DNA of 64,000 nt from Lama glama (Eukaryota). The notes beneath the pieces were generated by a model, which searched no databases, was not told where the DNA came from, and saw only the letters and a list, made by a program, of their open reading frames with translations. Both the position numbers and the translations under genes were made by a program. The DNA lies in assembly GCA_028534125.1 (NCBI GenBank), contig CM052832.1, positions 20,090,001 through 20,154,000 of the forward strand, written 5' to 3'. Positions 12,790 through 26,190 of the stretch are shown one piece after another. How positions within the stretch are numbered: position 1 is the stretch's first letter; every line of letters begins with the position of its first letter.

Positions 12790-13101
12790 CACTTCTCTGC
12801 CCCAGCCATAACTACTCCTACTTCAGGTCTTAACCAAGAGATCTTCAGGAAACCTTCTCCAGATCCCTAGTGAGCCAGTTGTCCCTTTCCATGCTCCCAC
12901 GGTGCCCTGTTTTACCTTTCCATTCATACTGTTTAATAATTGTTTTCAGGGTTGGATTTTCCTATCAGTAGGTAAGTTTTGAGAAGGCAGATACTGTGCT
13001 TTTCCTGTTCACTGTTTTATCTTCAGGGTCTGTCATGAACACAGTCTCTAAAATGACTGTGGAGTGAAGGGCAGAATAAATGAATATCTGGATGAATGAA
13101 T
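12790..13101 (+). mobile_element. L2 LINE 3' end
   Basis: 'tcttcaggaaaccttct', 'gtaagttttgagaaggcag', terminal 'gaataaatgaat...atgaatgaat'. Confidence 0.75.
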
Positions 13102-14445
13102 ACGTGCGTTTATATTTAAGCCCCTTTCATGATTGGAAATTTGGAATTGCAGATGTTGAAAGTCACATGGATAGTTAAGTGGTGATAGTCATCTGACAAG
13201 AGTAAATATATAATTCCTTTCATTGGCAAAATAAAATTAGATTTATAATAGCAATTCAACTTTGAGAGAAGAAAGTCCCTTTCTATGGGAAAAAAAACAC
13301 ATTAAAGTCTAGTTATATCAGATGCTTTCTTAAACTATCTATCTGATCCATACTTCTTAAAATCTTCTTGGAAAATTATTAAATACTTGAATGCTGTTAG
13401 CTTAAACTTAGGTTCTTTAAAGAAATTTTGAAGTTTGTCTTCCTTAGATAAATTCCTGCATCTCTATTATTAGTTATAGAAGAGCCTGACTTCTCTAAAT
13501 GGTTTTTATTTATATGTATCATAAACTTTTATTTATATTTATTTTGGTGGTTTAAAAAAGGGAAATAATGATATTCTTGAAGAGATATAGAAATCATTAT
13601 TTTCTAAGTTCTTTATAATTACTTTATCATTTAAAGTGTATTTTCTTCTGAGAATGACTGAAAAAAATAAAAACAAACTAAAGCCATTAAAGAAACCCCA
13701 GATTCAATCTGTACTTTGATTCTTTAAAAGAGCAAGAGGGGAACTCTTTCTAAGCTCAATGACCGTGAGTTTATGTTAAAAGAAATCTTTTTGTTGGTTG
13801 AGCAACAAGTAAACACAGACACTTTTTAAAGAAAAGATGGAAAACTGATAAAGATTATTACCAAAAAACTAATCAAAATAAAGTAAAATTCTAAATTTAG
13901 CAAAGCACTCAGTGGAACTGGCGTACTGTCATAGTTATTGTAGAAGACTGGACATCGATTACATTTCACAGCAGGGGAGAACAATGTGAAAATTACTGAA
14001 TTGGGGTTTGATTTGCCTGTGTATGCTAACCTAAGATTCTTTGCAGTGGTTGCGCCACATAATGCTAAAACCTTTTGACTTAATACCTCTTATTAGAAAT
14101 CCGAATATAATTGTGAGATGAATTTCCTTATTTTCAAGGTCATTAGCAAAGTCAGATTGCCTGCCTTCATCTCTTAATGCTAACAAAAGTCAATAAGAGG
14201 TGTAAATAGTATTTAATAATTAAAATGCCAAAGGTTTATTGCTAAATTTATGATCTTAGAATTTCTAAGGTTCCTCTTTGTAGACAATGAAGTTATTATA
14301 AAGATAATATGGAAAATTTAGGAAAAGCTGGAATATGAGTATTTAGAAAAAGGAAATGAGAAGTGAAAACTTTTTTTGTGATTATAATGGTGAATTTTTA
14401 AAATCCGTGTTGCCTTTTTTACCTTTTTATTTCAGCAGTGATAGG

Positions 14446-14592
14446 TGTAGGGAAAACCAAAACTCAAGTGTCCCGTGACCGTTCCAGTCGAACGTAAAAT
14501 AGGGTAGAACTGAGAGTGAAGAGAGCCGCAGAGGAAGAGCGATTCTGAAGACAGGAAACCAGTGTAGAAATGGAGTCAAGATTTAACTTACA
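14446..14592 (-). mobile_element. Short LTR-like element, possibly an internally deleted solo LTR
   Basis: TG...CA ends with imperfect terminal inversion (TGTAGG / CTTACA), six CpGs; no TSD seen. Confidence 0.4.
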
Positions 14593-14659
14593 GCTGAAAA
14601 AGAGGTTTGATCTCTACTTTAGATACTCTAAAATATTCAATCAACAGCTTTAAGGGGGG

Positions 14660-15330
14660 ACATGCATTTGTTATTTAATTTTTAATTACACAAATACAGA
14701 TAAGCAGAAATCAGAAAATTGGTATCACCTGTTTCACATCTTGCAGTATAGACTTCTCTTGTATAAAATGCATTTGAATACTTTTGTGCAAAAGTGAGAT
14801 AATACTCTAGATATTGTTTTTAACTTTTCTTGCAATTGCACTACTTCTTTCTCTACTTCTTTCTGAGTCAGTACAGGTACTTCTATAATAATATTCCTAA
14901 TAATTTTAAAGAATTTGATTGTTTTTATGTTGTCCTTTAAATTTAATTAACTACTGTTATTTCTAATGTTTTGCTCCTATAAACAAAGCTACAATGATCT
15001 GTGAACCTGGGATCTGTACAACCCTACTTCAGGAAAAATTCTTCCATGTAGAATTGTTAGATAAAAAATTCTTGTGAATGTTTTAATGCTTTTGATACTA
15101 TATTCCATATTGTTCTCCAGAAAGGTGGAGATAATCTATACCCCTGCAAAAGTATGTATTAGCATCATATCTTCATTCCCATCTCCAAAACCTAAGCACA
15201 CTGGGCATTACAGTATTTTTTTAAATTTCCAAATTGATATGCAATATGGGTACTTTCAGGGATTTAACTTGCAATGTTCGACATCTATTGAATTTGAACA
15301 TGTGAATATCTTTAAAGACACATTCATAAC
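14660..15330 (-). mobile_element. Highly decayed L1ME-type remnant
   Basis: T-rich text 'ctataaacaaagctacaatga', 'gtagaattgttagataaa', 'ttgttctccagaaaggt' as in reverse L1 3' regions. Confidence 0.55.
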
Positions 15331-15364
15331 ACATACTCATTTGTATACTGTCTCCTCCTAAGAC

Positions 15365-15637
15365 TAGTAATTAGCTCAGTCATATTATTATCATAGCAAT
15401 AATGGAAGTACAAGAGAGCCAGCAAAACCACTCAAGGTTTCTTGAGGTTTAGGCTTAAGGTTAGCACAACATCACTACTGCCTCGTTCTATTTGGAAGGG
15501 CATGTACCCTGGCCATATCTGAACACAAGAGCAATGTAGCCTACTCACAGAGGGGGGTCATCAAGACATTTCTTAGAAGGCAGATGACATGGTTGCTGGG
15601 AAAGAAGAGTTAGAGCTAACAATCTCATCTACCTCAT
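15365..15637 (-). mobile_element. MaLR (MLT1-type) LTR fragment
   Basis: 'caagagagccagcaaaacc', 'catcactactgcctcgttctatttgg', ends 'atctacctca'. Confidence 0.7.
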
Positions 15638-16689
15638 TAATTGTCATGCTTATGTGTTTCGTGGAGTTTCAGTGCTCTTACCACTGTCCTTCTGAACAGA
15701 TCCCACACCTAAACAGGAGGTGGGACACCCACATATCAGGGGTAAGAAACTGGCAGAAACCACAAAGTACTTTGGAAGCGGTACTGCCCACAGTCCACTG
15801 AGATGTCAGGTCTGTCTAAGGACAAACCAAACCTAATTTTAATAAACCCATTGCTGCCCAAATTAAACTTCTTTGTGGGTGGATTTGATTTGGTCCCTAG
15901 GCTGAGACCCTGATCAAGTTAAATATCTTATTTTCCTATACTCTCATTTGCCTACATTGATGTTTCTTGGCAGGAATAAAGGTAGAATTCACTTGTTTTT
16001 ACCCCAAACTCAGTGATTTTTCTTAAGTATCTTATTAAAATGTAGTGAATTTTACTGTATGCTCTTTGCAAATGTAGTAAAAATTGATTTAAGGCTCATT
16101 ACCTCTTGGATTCCAATATATTTTAATATGATCTTTGATAAGAATCCAACATTCAATGTAACTTTTAAAAATTACTGAAACTTTTAGTGCCTCCTCTTAG
16201 AAACTTGAAAGTATGTAGGTAAAACTCCCCTACTGGGATCAGATTAGATTCAAGGGGAAAATGGAGTTGACTTTCAAAGTCAAAGATGCCCAGAGACCTC
16301 TCATGCTTCTGTCAACCTCCCTAGGGCTTTTGTGTGGAGAGTTTCCTTTTCTCCCTATTTGTTTGCTGTCATTCTTTTTTGGCCCACATTTGTGCATTTC
16401 CAGCTGACTCTCATCCCTGGAATATATTGTAGAGCAGTTAGGTTTCTTTTCTTTTTTTTTTTTTTTTAAATCCAGCCAACTAGATGAAATCTCAGCTTTC
16501 ATCTACTCAATTCTCTCTTAGGACCTTTCCAAAACCGGAGGGGATATAAAGCTTATTTTTAACTCTTGCTCATTCAATAAACACCAGGAAAAGAAAAAGT
16601 CAAGATAAAACCAATCCTCATTGCATTTAAAGCCAAGAACTTCCCTTAAAAATTTGCTCCCAGTTTGATTAAGTTAATGCATGAAGTAG

Positions 16690-16930
16690 CAGGATTAGGT
16701 GTTGGGTAAGAGTTCAGTTTCCTGAGTCTGACTAATGGGTTTGCAGCCATGCCATCCACCAACAGTATAGATTTGGGTGAGTTCCTTAACCCTTCTGGGC
16801 CTCAATATGCTTACCTGTAGAAATGGATCAACAACAGTAAATATCTCATTCGTAGGCTGAGAATCCAGTGATATGATAAGTTAGCTGTTTTTTCGTCCAT
16901 CAGTAAGCTAAGATTATTGGTTGCTTAGTA
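16690..16930 (+). mobile_element. MIR SINE
   Basis: 'tttgggtgagttccttaacccttctgggcctcaatatgcttacctgtagaaatgg'. Confidence 0.75.
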
Positions 16931-17949
16931 GCTCTTGAAAGAACAGAAGCAGGCTTGTGTCATGAAAGAAGTAAGTTCTATTATTGACAGACCAAAAGCT
17001 AACAGGCTTTGCAGCCTCTCACTCATTTGCATCATTACTCTGAGGCTAAATTTCCTTCCCAAAGAATGAGCGATTTAAATAACATGATTTCTAAAATCCC
17101 TTGCAGTCTTACACTTTGTTTAATGAAAAGTAGGATGATAGGGGCTGTTTATCCATCACAGAAAAAGTATAAAAGAAACTATTCATTTGACTCCAAGTTT
17201 TTTTGGTTTAGCCTAACTGAAGGGTTGCACTTGGAGAGTTTAAAAATTCTCTTGATTATAAATCTATCATGAAAATTTTTAGTTTCATTTATCAATCATA
17301 AACCCGATAGTAAAAAAATATTCTTTGGGAAAAAAATTGACTGGCTTTGAACTCAGGAAAAATCATCACACTGGTCACTCTTCGCAGACACATGCTTCTG
17401 TCATTTGTAATTGATTATTCATTTCAGTCTTAAAGTAATACTTAAGTGTCTTACAATGAACTATCAGAGTTCCAGTGCATTACAGAAAAGGAATTAAATG
17501 AAACAATGTGTAAGATGAGGAACTATCTCAAGGCTTTTCAGTTAAGATTACAATTAGTGCAGACTTTTTTCCAAGAAATATACCACTTGTGTCACATATC
17601 ATGTGGCTAGTTAATTTCCTTAAATAAGATGAGAAAATAATAAATATTATAGTATCAGAAATCCAGGATCGATGACATTACCTATATATACCTACTAGGC
17701 TCTCAAACTACTAATTTTATTTAAAAATAAGAACTGACCTTCAAAATTACCTCCCTGTATTATGAAATATATTCTGTGGCAAGGTAATAATTTTATGAAA
17801 ATGACTAATATTTAAAATGCACACAAATTTAATATAATAAAGTTATAAGCAGCCAGCAGAGAAGATAGTGAAAACAAAATCCCACAACTATTTCATTAAT
17901 GAATAACAGATTAGTAACTTTACTATCAACTTTATGTCAACAAACAAAT

Positions 17950-19130
17950 ATTTTTTGTATTGTCCTTCATGATAGAGCAAAATAAAGACATTTTAAGATG
18001 AAACCAGAAGTGACAGGTTACCACCAAAATGCTTTTAAGAAAGTGCTTTAACAGGAATTTAAAAAATGACCTAAAGCAGAAGGAATAAAATACAAGAAGA
18101 AATAATGAGCAAATAAAATAGTAGAAAATGTGTATTAAACTACATAAAAACTGCCTATACAGTAATGCTCAATGAATCCCCCCCAAAATGAGAGAATAAA
18201 TGAAAATGGTATTAAAATTGATACATGATAATCTTAAGTGTTGAAAAGTCCTTATATTTTTTCATGGTGGGAATGGTGGGTGGAGTGTTTTAAGATTGGT
18301 CAATTATAGGTTCTGGTAAGTGTTATAGCTAAGCAATTATAGAAATTTTCAAGAATAAATTATAAATGATTAAAGATAGATCATTTATCTGATATATATT
18401 AGTGGTGTAGAGACCTCTCTACACCAGGAATCAAACTAGGCAAGTGATAAATTTTTAAAAATCTAAACAAAAGGAGAGATTAAAAGAAGAGATGGGGGGG
18501 AAAGCAGAACAGAAGAAAAACATAAAGAAAGCTGGTTAAAATAAGTTTACTTTTTGAATTATCACATGATTATGTATGTTATTATTTTAAAAATTTGACT
18601 TGTTTTAGCCAGCTTTGTGTTTTCCTGTTCTTTATGTATGATACATATAAATATTTTAACATTTAAATGTTAAATTTAAGATATGTAAGACCACAGTATG
18701 ATTGAAAATGTGGAACAAATATGAAAAACTCTAGCCAAAAGAAAATCAGGAGAACTGTATTTATATTAGAAAAAGTAGACTTCAAGACGAAATGGTTTCT
18801 AGAGTAGAGAAACTCACCATGTGACAAAATGTTCCACACATCAGAAAAATAGATGCATCTAAAAAGCACTTTAAAATATATAAAGCAAAAAATGTATCAG
18901 ATTATAGGGATCAGTTAAAAAATATTCTGTCAGTTATTCAGAGGTCCTGCATTTCAAAGCTCAATACAGATATGGGAAACTCAGCATTATTAACAACCTT
19001 GATTTAACTCTTTATGTTTATCATCTTCTTTCTCAACAACTTTAAGATACAACTTACATACCATAAAATTCAACTGTTTCATAGGAGGAAATAATAATAG
19101 AAATTTTTAAATACTTGGACATGGTTATGT
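17950..19130 (+). mobile_element. Very old L1 remnant (ORF1-ORF2 region)
   Basis: A-rich; EN-like 'aggagaactgtatttatattagaaaaagtagacttcaagac' (~18748-18790). Confidence 0.55.
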
Positions 19131-20200
19131 GGTTTGAAATGACAAGAAATAACCTACCTGTCTGTCAGTAAGAGGATTGCTTGCATAACTATGGAATATA
19201 AAACAAAATGTCACATTAGAAACAGCTTTCTATATAAGTAATTTTCTATTTATAAATCTGGTGCCAGGCTTTTAGGTAGATTTAAAGGTATTAACGTAAT
19301 TCCTTGGACAAAATGGAGTTTGTAACTATTTTTTCATCTGCATGACCAGTCTTTATAGTTAAAATGACTTTTATCTACCTGAAGAAAGATTATGCTTTAC
19401 AGATTTTTCTGGCAAATTTTAAACAAAGATTTCCAGACTAAGAAATAAAAATAATTTGACAACCGATTTATTTAACAAGGAATTGCAATTAAAACATTTT
19501 TTTGATTATTCAAAGATAAGAGCTAAATCATTTCTCTATGTAGAATTGTATAACTAGAATACTTATCCTACTGTATTAGCCATCAAGGTAACGATTATAC
19601 AAAAGACCTTTAGTGCTTATTGAATAAATCATAAGAACTCATTAGAATTGGGTTATTAGAACACTGAAATCCTAACAGCATGATCCACAGATATAAAAGC
19701 ACTTCAAGTCAGTTGTTTTCTCAAGAGAGGATTTACATTTTGTAACAGCCAAGAGCCTCCTCTGCTTACATGGGGCAATTTTATTGGCATATTAAGCAAT
19801 CCCAGTACCCCTGGCTTAAACAGGATTTACATGTACAGAGACCTCGTGTCCCATATCTCCCAGTCTCACTTTGGGATTACTGTGGGCCTGTGTATAATTT
19901 CACAGTAATTATCAAAAATGAGAATAAATATTGAATGCTGCATTCTATTTATATGCTACCTCAGTGAAGGCAGAAATTCCTGAAAAAAGACATTGTTAGG
20001 TTTAACTGGCCAGCCACTGAATTTTTCAGTGGACTCTAAATAACTTTGTGTTCCATACTCTATAGAAACTATTAGGAAAACTGTACAGTTACCATTTTGG
20101 AGGAGAAATAATATGCTCTGAGTGTGTCTAACTTGGTTATCTTTTCTACTCATCAACATGTACAACAGCTGCCCGTTATTTATTTACTTATCACTTTTAC

Positions 20201-20325
20201 CCCTTTAAGAGCAGATTGGGATATTTAGCAAAATTTAAGGTATCAACTCAATTCAGTACATCATTTATGTCACTATAGAACACCTGTGTAAGTATCAGGA
20301 CTGTTTAAGGTTATTAAACAAGAGT
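20201..20325 (+). repeat. Copy 1 of a ~125-bp diverged direct repeat
   Basis: Aligns by eye end to end with 21428-21553 (starts ccctttaagagcag, ends aaacaagagt). Confidence 0.85.
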
Positions 20326-21427
20326 AAGACACAGAATAGACTTCTAATGCAATTGCTTTATAAATGTAGCAGCAGAAAGGCAGTCTACACCAACACTGTA
20401 AAATCTTGATTATGTTGCATTCAAGCATGGCAGACTTCCTTAATCACCTGGCGTTTTGGGGAACCCAGGAGGAACAGGGTAGCTTTTGAGTGCTGACAAA
20501 CCACGAGATCCAAAGACTGGAGAGTGAAAAACAGACAGCATTTGATTGGTCTGTTTTTATCAAATAATGATATATTGATGATGGTTACAGAAGATAAGTA
20601 CATAGCTGGAAGACGAGTGCTGTGGTTCGAAACCACTTATTTTGAAAAGACTGAGATACCACAATATATATCATTAGACTTACAACCATTGAACTTCATG
20701 GTAATAATCTATAAATGGAAAATTGTGGCTTGCTATGAAATATGCTAATACAAAAAGAATGATAGCGCCTAAAACCAGAAGCAGGAGAGTCAACATTTTA
20801 GCCTGAAAATAATGACTAAGAATTTATCCAAATTTGCCCATGTGGCAGATAGTCAAATACTATAGCTCAAAAAGTTAGTCAGGTGTTTTCAATCTTGGGA
20901 TATGGCCACTTCTAGTATTTCATGCATCCTAGCTGACTATAATGTGTTCACTCAGATATGTGTTTTTCCTTTCTTCCCATTCCTCCCTTTCTTTCTCCTT
21001 TTCTTTGCCTTTTTTTTTGCAGGGTGGTGTGGGGGTGGGCAGATACACTGATTGACTTCTTAGGCACCACTTTGTCTTTCCCCAGATTTGCACATGCAAT
21101 TAAAAAAGAGAGAACTTGTTAGTTCAAAGGTGACTATCTACAGGGAAGGTAATTGTCTATCATACTTTCCTACTTGTGTATTATACATGCTGTGCTAAGA
21201 TTTTGCATGTTTAAAAGCTCTGAGAATTTTCCCCTCTATATGAATATCCCAGTTGCCTACCCCTCCAACACTGCCTAACCTACGAATCCATTCAGAATTC
21301 AAAGAAGGATTTTTTTAAAAAGCATGATGTATGCAGTGCCAGATTATATTATTCAGGATAGAAGAATGAAAGACAGAACAAATGCTATTTTGTAAGCCTC
21401 CTTGAGGCAGAACACTATGTCTAATAT

Positions 21428-21553
21428 CCCTTTAAGAGCAGGCTATGATATTTAGAAAGTTTAAGGTTATCAGTTCAATTAGGTGGATCATCTATGTAGC
21501 TGGGGAGCATTTGTGTAAGTATTAGCACTATTTAAAGGTCATAAAACAAGAGT
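21428..21553 (+). repeat. Copy 2 of the ~125-bp repeat, inside an L2 3' end (~21390-21650)
   Basis: L2-tail text on both sides: 'tgtaagcctccttgaggcag' before, 'acctggtatagtgtc...aaatatcaattgaataaat' after. Confidence 0.8.
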
Positions 21554-22199
21554 TAAAAAATATTCTAGTTCACAGATGCATTTTACATACCTGGTATAGT
21601 GTCAGACAACTAAGTATGCTCATGATAAATATCAATTGAATAAATTTATTAATCATGTCTTTGTTTCTGACAGCAGATAATGATACTTAACATGTTAAAG
21701 TTAATTGGGATTATGTTTGAAAATACTAAATAGATATTTAAATTTTCCCTTAAATTATATACCTTTACTTACGTCAGACAAATATTAAGTAGAATATATG
21801 TGTGTGCAAGTGAAGATAGAAAGAGATGGAAAGACAAAGTAAATATTGATGATATGCCAAATACACAGGAAGTTCACAGAGTACTTAATGCGCGTGAAGT
21901 CTTAAATCAGAACCCATTGGTGGTACTCCTACTGCTCTTACATGTCCTTTTTTTGAGACACTCAAGTGAAAATCATGGCAGCTCAGCAGGTCTTGGTAAA
22001 CTATAGCTATGTGATATGATTAGAAGTATCTGCCCCTGAAATCTGTCTCTGATAGAGCAAGTTTCTGTGTTCTAGTGCCTTCATCCACTGGGATCCCTTG
22101 TGAAATCTCAACTCTGGTCCTCATAATCACACCCATCGTTGTGGAAGTTTTATACAGCAGAGAAGGAGGTTGAATACCTGAACACTGTGTAACCTAAAA

Positions 22200-22870
22200 T
22201 TCAGGTAATGTGGGCTAACTGACTCTATTTTATTTCTCCCTGTGGGTCTCCTTTGTGTTCCAAATTAAACAGACCATGTGAATTATTCATTTCAATTTGG
22301 CCAGTGCGCTTTCTGGTTACGTGACTCAAGTGTAACTTGCCTGGTTGTGTACTCAGAGGTTACTGTGGCATCCAAGCAATATCCCACATGACAGAAGGTC
22401 AGTCCTTCTGCCAAGGTGAAATAGGAGGGAGTCATATATGGTATTTGAGGGCTGAGGGGTCAGACATGTGGTCCTCACTTTTCTTTTGTTGGGGGAAACC
22501 TCAAACTGGGGGAGAGAGTAGTAATGGCATAACTCGCAAAGGCTGTTAAGTCAAGTTTTGCCAGAAGCCACTTCAAAAGTAAACACCTGGATGGATGAGA
22601 GGATGAGTGTGGCTCATCTGGCTTCCCAGGGTCCACATGGGTTCTGGAGGTAGATGAGGATGGTAAACTGCAAGAAAGCTGTGGGGTTAGACAAAGAGGC
22701 CAACAGTTCAGGGACCTTCATGACCTAAGAGCAATGGCAAAACAGCGGTCTCCACTTCATATCACAAATGCTGCAAAAGCCACGTGGGACTGTTCATACC
22801 TCTGCAGGTGAGCTCCAGGGACCTCAAAGACAAGGTACCAGAGTGACATATTACAAAGAATACTCTTACC
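22200..22870. mobile_element. Probable ancient LTR remnant, family not identified
   Basis: Purine-rich, GC-raised block with LTR-like texture only. Confidence 0.3.
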
Positions 22871-23439
22871 CAGATTCCATGAAGAAGTTCAGGCAGTTGG
22901 GGGATTTGAAAGATTGAACACTTAAACAAGAGAGACAAAGTCATTCAAGAGTCTATTAAATCCCCTGGAAATTAAAATCATATTGATTGGGCAAGTTAAA
23001 ATTTTTTGTTTGTTTTTGTTCTGGCTACTCTATGATATGGGAGCTAGTAAAGAAAATAATATTGAAAAAAATGTTCTTTGTACATCTGTGTAATAGTAAA
23101 TGTTTAGCCTCTTTTATATGTTTATAAATATAAAACTTGCTCTTTCTGCAATAAAACAGAATCATTAAATTATAAATATCTAACTAATCATCTAAAGATA
23201 AGCATTCTGCCAGTACATACACCTCTATTTATACCCTAAAATCTTTACTTAAACACTTGCAGTAACTTGGAATTTACTACTTCACAAGTAAGCCTGCATG
23301 ACTTTTAGTTAGCTATATTGCCTAAACAGTACATTTTAATATTGACCCAAAATTTACCTTTCTATGACTTCATTCCTTGCTTCTAGCTCTGCTGTACTCT
23401 GATGCAAAGTAGAATAAATTTGCTTGCTTCCTTATCCAT

Positions 23440-23502
23440 ATTTATTCAGCAAACATTTATTGAGTGCCTATTTTATAGCACTGCATATTAGGTGCTGGAG
23501 GT
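23440..23502 (-). mobile_element. L2 3' end fragment
   Basis: 'atttattcagcaaacatttattgagtgcct...ttaggtgctggag'. Confidence 0.75.
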
Positions 23503-23751
23503 TGCTAAAAAGACTTGAAAATCATTATGGGTGCTTCTGGTTCATATCCTGCTATCTCAAAAGATCATTGTTCTCATCCTTATAATTAAAACAAGCCAGA
23601 CAGATTACATAAGCATAGCAAGCATATCTTTAAAACACCTTAGAGAGAGTAAGACCCATGCAAGTCCAAAGAACTAAATTCTAGAAAGTGATAAGGCCTT
23701 AATAAAAGAGAAAAAAAATCTTATCTGCTCTTTATTCTTTTATTATCTTTC

Positions 23752-24105
23752 GAACTTTATTGAAATGTATTTGACATATAACACTGTATAACTTAAAGGT
23801 GTACAGTGTGTTGATTTGATATACACAAAATGCATGATTATCTCTGTGGTGTAAGCTAACTGCACCACATCACGTAATGATCATTTCGTCTTTGTGATGA
23901 GAACATTTAAGCAACGTTCAACAGCTTAGACATTAGACATTAGATCTTTGAAATGTATTCCTTGCCTACCTGGAAGTTTGTACCCTTTGACTAACATCTC
24001 CCTGTTTCCCCATTTTCCACCTCCCAGCACCTGCTAACTGTCATTCTAACTCTTTGCTTCTGCGGAGTTTGGCTTTTTTAGATTCCACATATAAGTGATA
24101 TCACA
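23752..24105 (-). mobile_element. L1 3' end (L1MA/MB-type)
   Basis: 'ctttattgaaatgtatttgacatataacactgtata', 'ggaagtttgtaccctttgac', 'tttttagattccacatataagtgatatca'. Confidence 0.88.
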
Positions 24106-25444
24106 AATACCCCACTGGTAATTACGGTGGTAATTATTAAGTTATAATGAATCACAACTGAGCATGTAACACTGAACAGGCAGACTGTCTCTTTTTGTGC
24201 AACAATCTCTGCTTCTAGAAGAATGGACTTAAAGGGGTACAGTAAACCAAATGTCTTGTTTTGGATATAATTATCTAATTAATGAGAGAACCAGTCAAAT
24301 GTTACAACCAGTTTGAAAGAGAATTCAAGGAACTACACTTAAAGAGATCCATCAGGAATGCTGAAATTAACTTACAAATAGATATAGAGGTTTTTCCATA
24401 AAGAGAAGGAAAAACAGTTGTCCCTGCACTGAGAAGAATTCATTTGCAAATGGAAAATGATTATTTACATCGCTATGGGTTATCTACAACTTAGAGAGTT
24501 GGAAAACAGTTCAAACAGTGAAAGGTGCAAACTCCACAACACGTAGTTTTCTGTTGAAGATACCCAGTCATCATTTTGATCCACGTCAGTTTTTTACATT
24601 TTTTTTCTGATACTCTCAATGACCACTCATCTCCTTAACTTCTCCTTATTGGTTATTTAAGATGATTATAGGTATCAGTGGAGGCAGGAATAGGGAAAAC
24701 AGGAAAAGAGGGAAAGTAAAGCCAGATGAGACCATCCATGTTGGTAGAATGAGTGAAGGAGGTGGCAAGAGAAGCCTTTTTAAGTTCCAATCAACGTATC
24801 CCTCTTTCCCAATCATATATCCATCTTGCTGTCTCCATACCAGAGGCTCAGTATAGCTCTCACAAGACAAAGATCAGTGTAGTAGAGGAAATTCATACAG
24901 ACTAAAAGACTATAATTCTGCTTTCCAGAAGTGACTGCAGTTCATGAAATGGCATTGAGAAAGGAAAAAAAAAAAAGACTAATTGGGTAATTAAACAACA
25001 TGGCAAATAATTTTGAGGCATAAAAACAGTAGGATACCTCACCAATCACAGAATGCCAACACATGCCTGATGTAGTTTTCCAGACTGACCATGAAATGGA
25101 GATTCTTTCTGGCAGCATAATTCTTCACATCAAGACAGAACAATGACACCAGAGGAAAAAGAACCTTGGCATATTTCTCAAGCCTCTTTCTTCCTCTCAC
25201 TATATTCCCAGACTAAGCAATGCCTAGGTATTTTTCTTTCCTTTCTCCCCCTGTAGCCTGATTCATCAGAATGAGGGAAGAAGAAAGACATAATATGTAT
25301 GAGTGTTAATAAATATCTTATATGTCAACATCAGGCCACTTACATACCTGGAAATAATGTGGAGAAATTACCTAAGTGGAACTTTTAATCCCTAAGATTT
25401 TGAGTTTTCCACATTCTCTCTCATGAGGTAAGGTAGACCCTGAA

Positions 25445-25595
25445 ATGTACACTGTTCTGAAAGTCAGAAGAGTGTTTTCTAACCCAGGCTGTGCCACTAA
25501 ACCACGTGGCATGGCCGACCCTCAGTTTCTTATTCTATAAAATGAGCCAGTCAGATTTTATTATTTATGAAGTCTCTTCCATCTTTAAAATCTAG
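25445..25595 (+). mobile_element. MIR SINE
   Basis: 'ggctgtgccactaa...cctcagtttcttattctataaaatga'. Confidence 0.7.
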
Positions 25596-26090
25596 TTATA
25601 GAAGGACACTCTATTTAATATTGTCCTGAGAATGTCACCAATGTTTTTTTTAAGAGAGTATGTCAAGGATAAGTCTAAGGAAAATAAATTATAAGCAATA
25701 TGAAAAACAGCTTATTGGAGAATTTCTAGAAACAAACAGAAGTTGCTTTTCCTAACTGGATGCATCTGAAGTCATGGAATATTGTATTTCTGTATATGTA
25801 CATGAGTGTGTGATGTTTGTGTTTGTGTGTGTGACATGGATTTTATTTGATCAGTTTAGCCTCTTTGTAAAATATAGTTTCAATGAATTATATTACAAAC
25901 ATAAAATTATATCCTTAGTATTGAGATGACAGAAATCTCCAGTGCCTTAATCAGTGAAGGCATATTTAAAACATAAAGCAGTAAACTCTGCCATCAGTAC
26001 AATAAAAACAATATCAAATGATTCAATATCAAATGAATTTCAAGGCTATAAAATTAACACAGTGGGCATAAAATCTGAACAGATTAATTA

Positions 26091-26190
26091 NNNNNNNNNN
26101 NNNNNNNNNNNNNNNNNNNNNNNNNNNNNNNNNNNNNNNNNNNNNNNNNNNNNNNNNNNNNNNNNNNNNNNNNNNNNNNNNNNNNNNNNN
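26091..26190. other. Assembly gap (100 N)
   Basis: Run of N. Confidence 1.
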
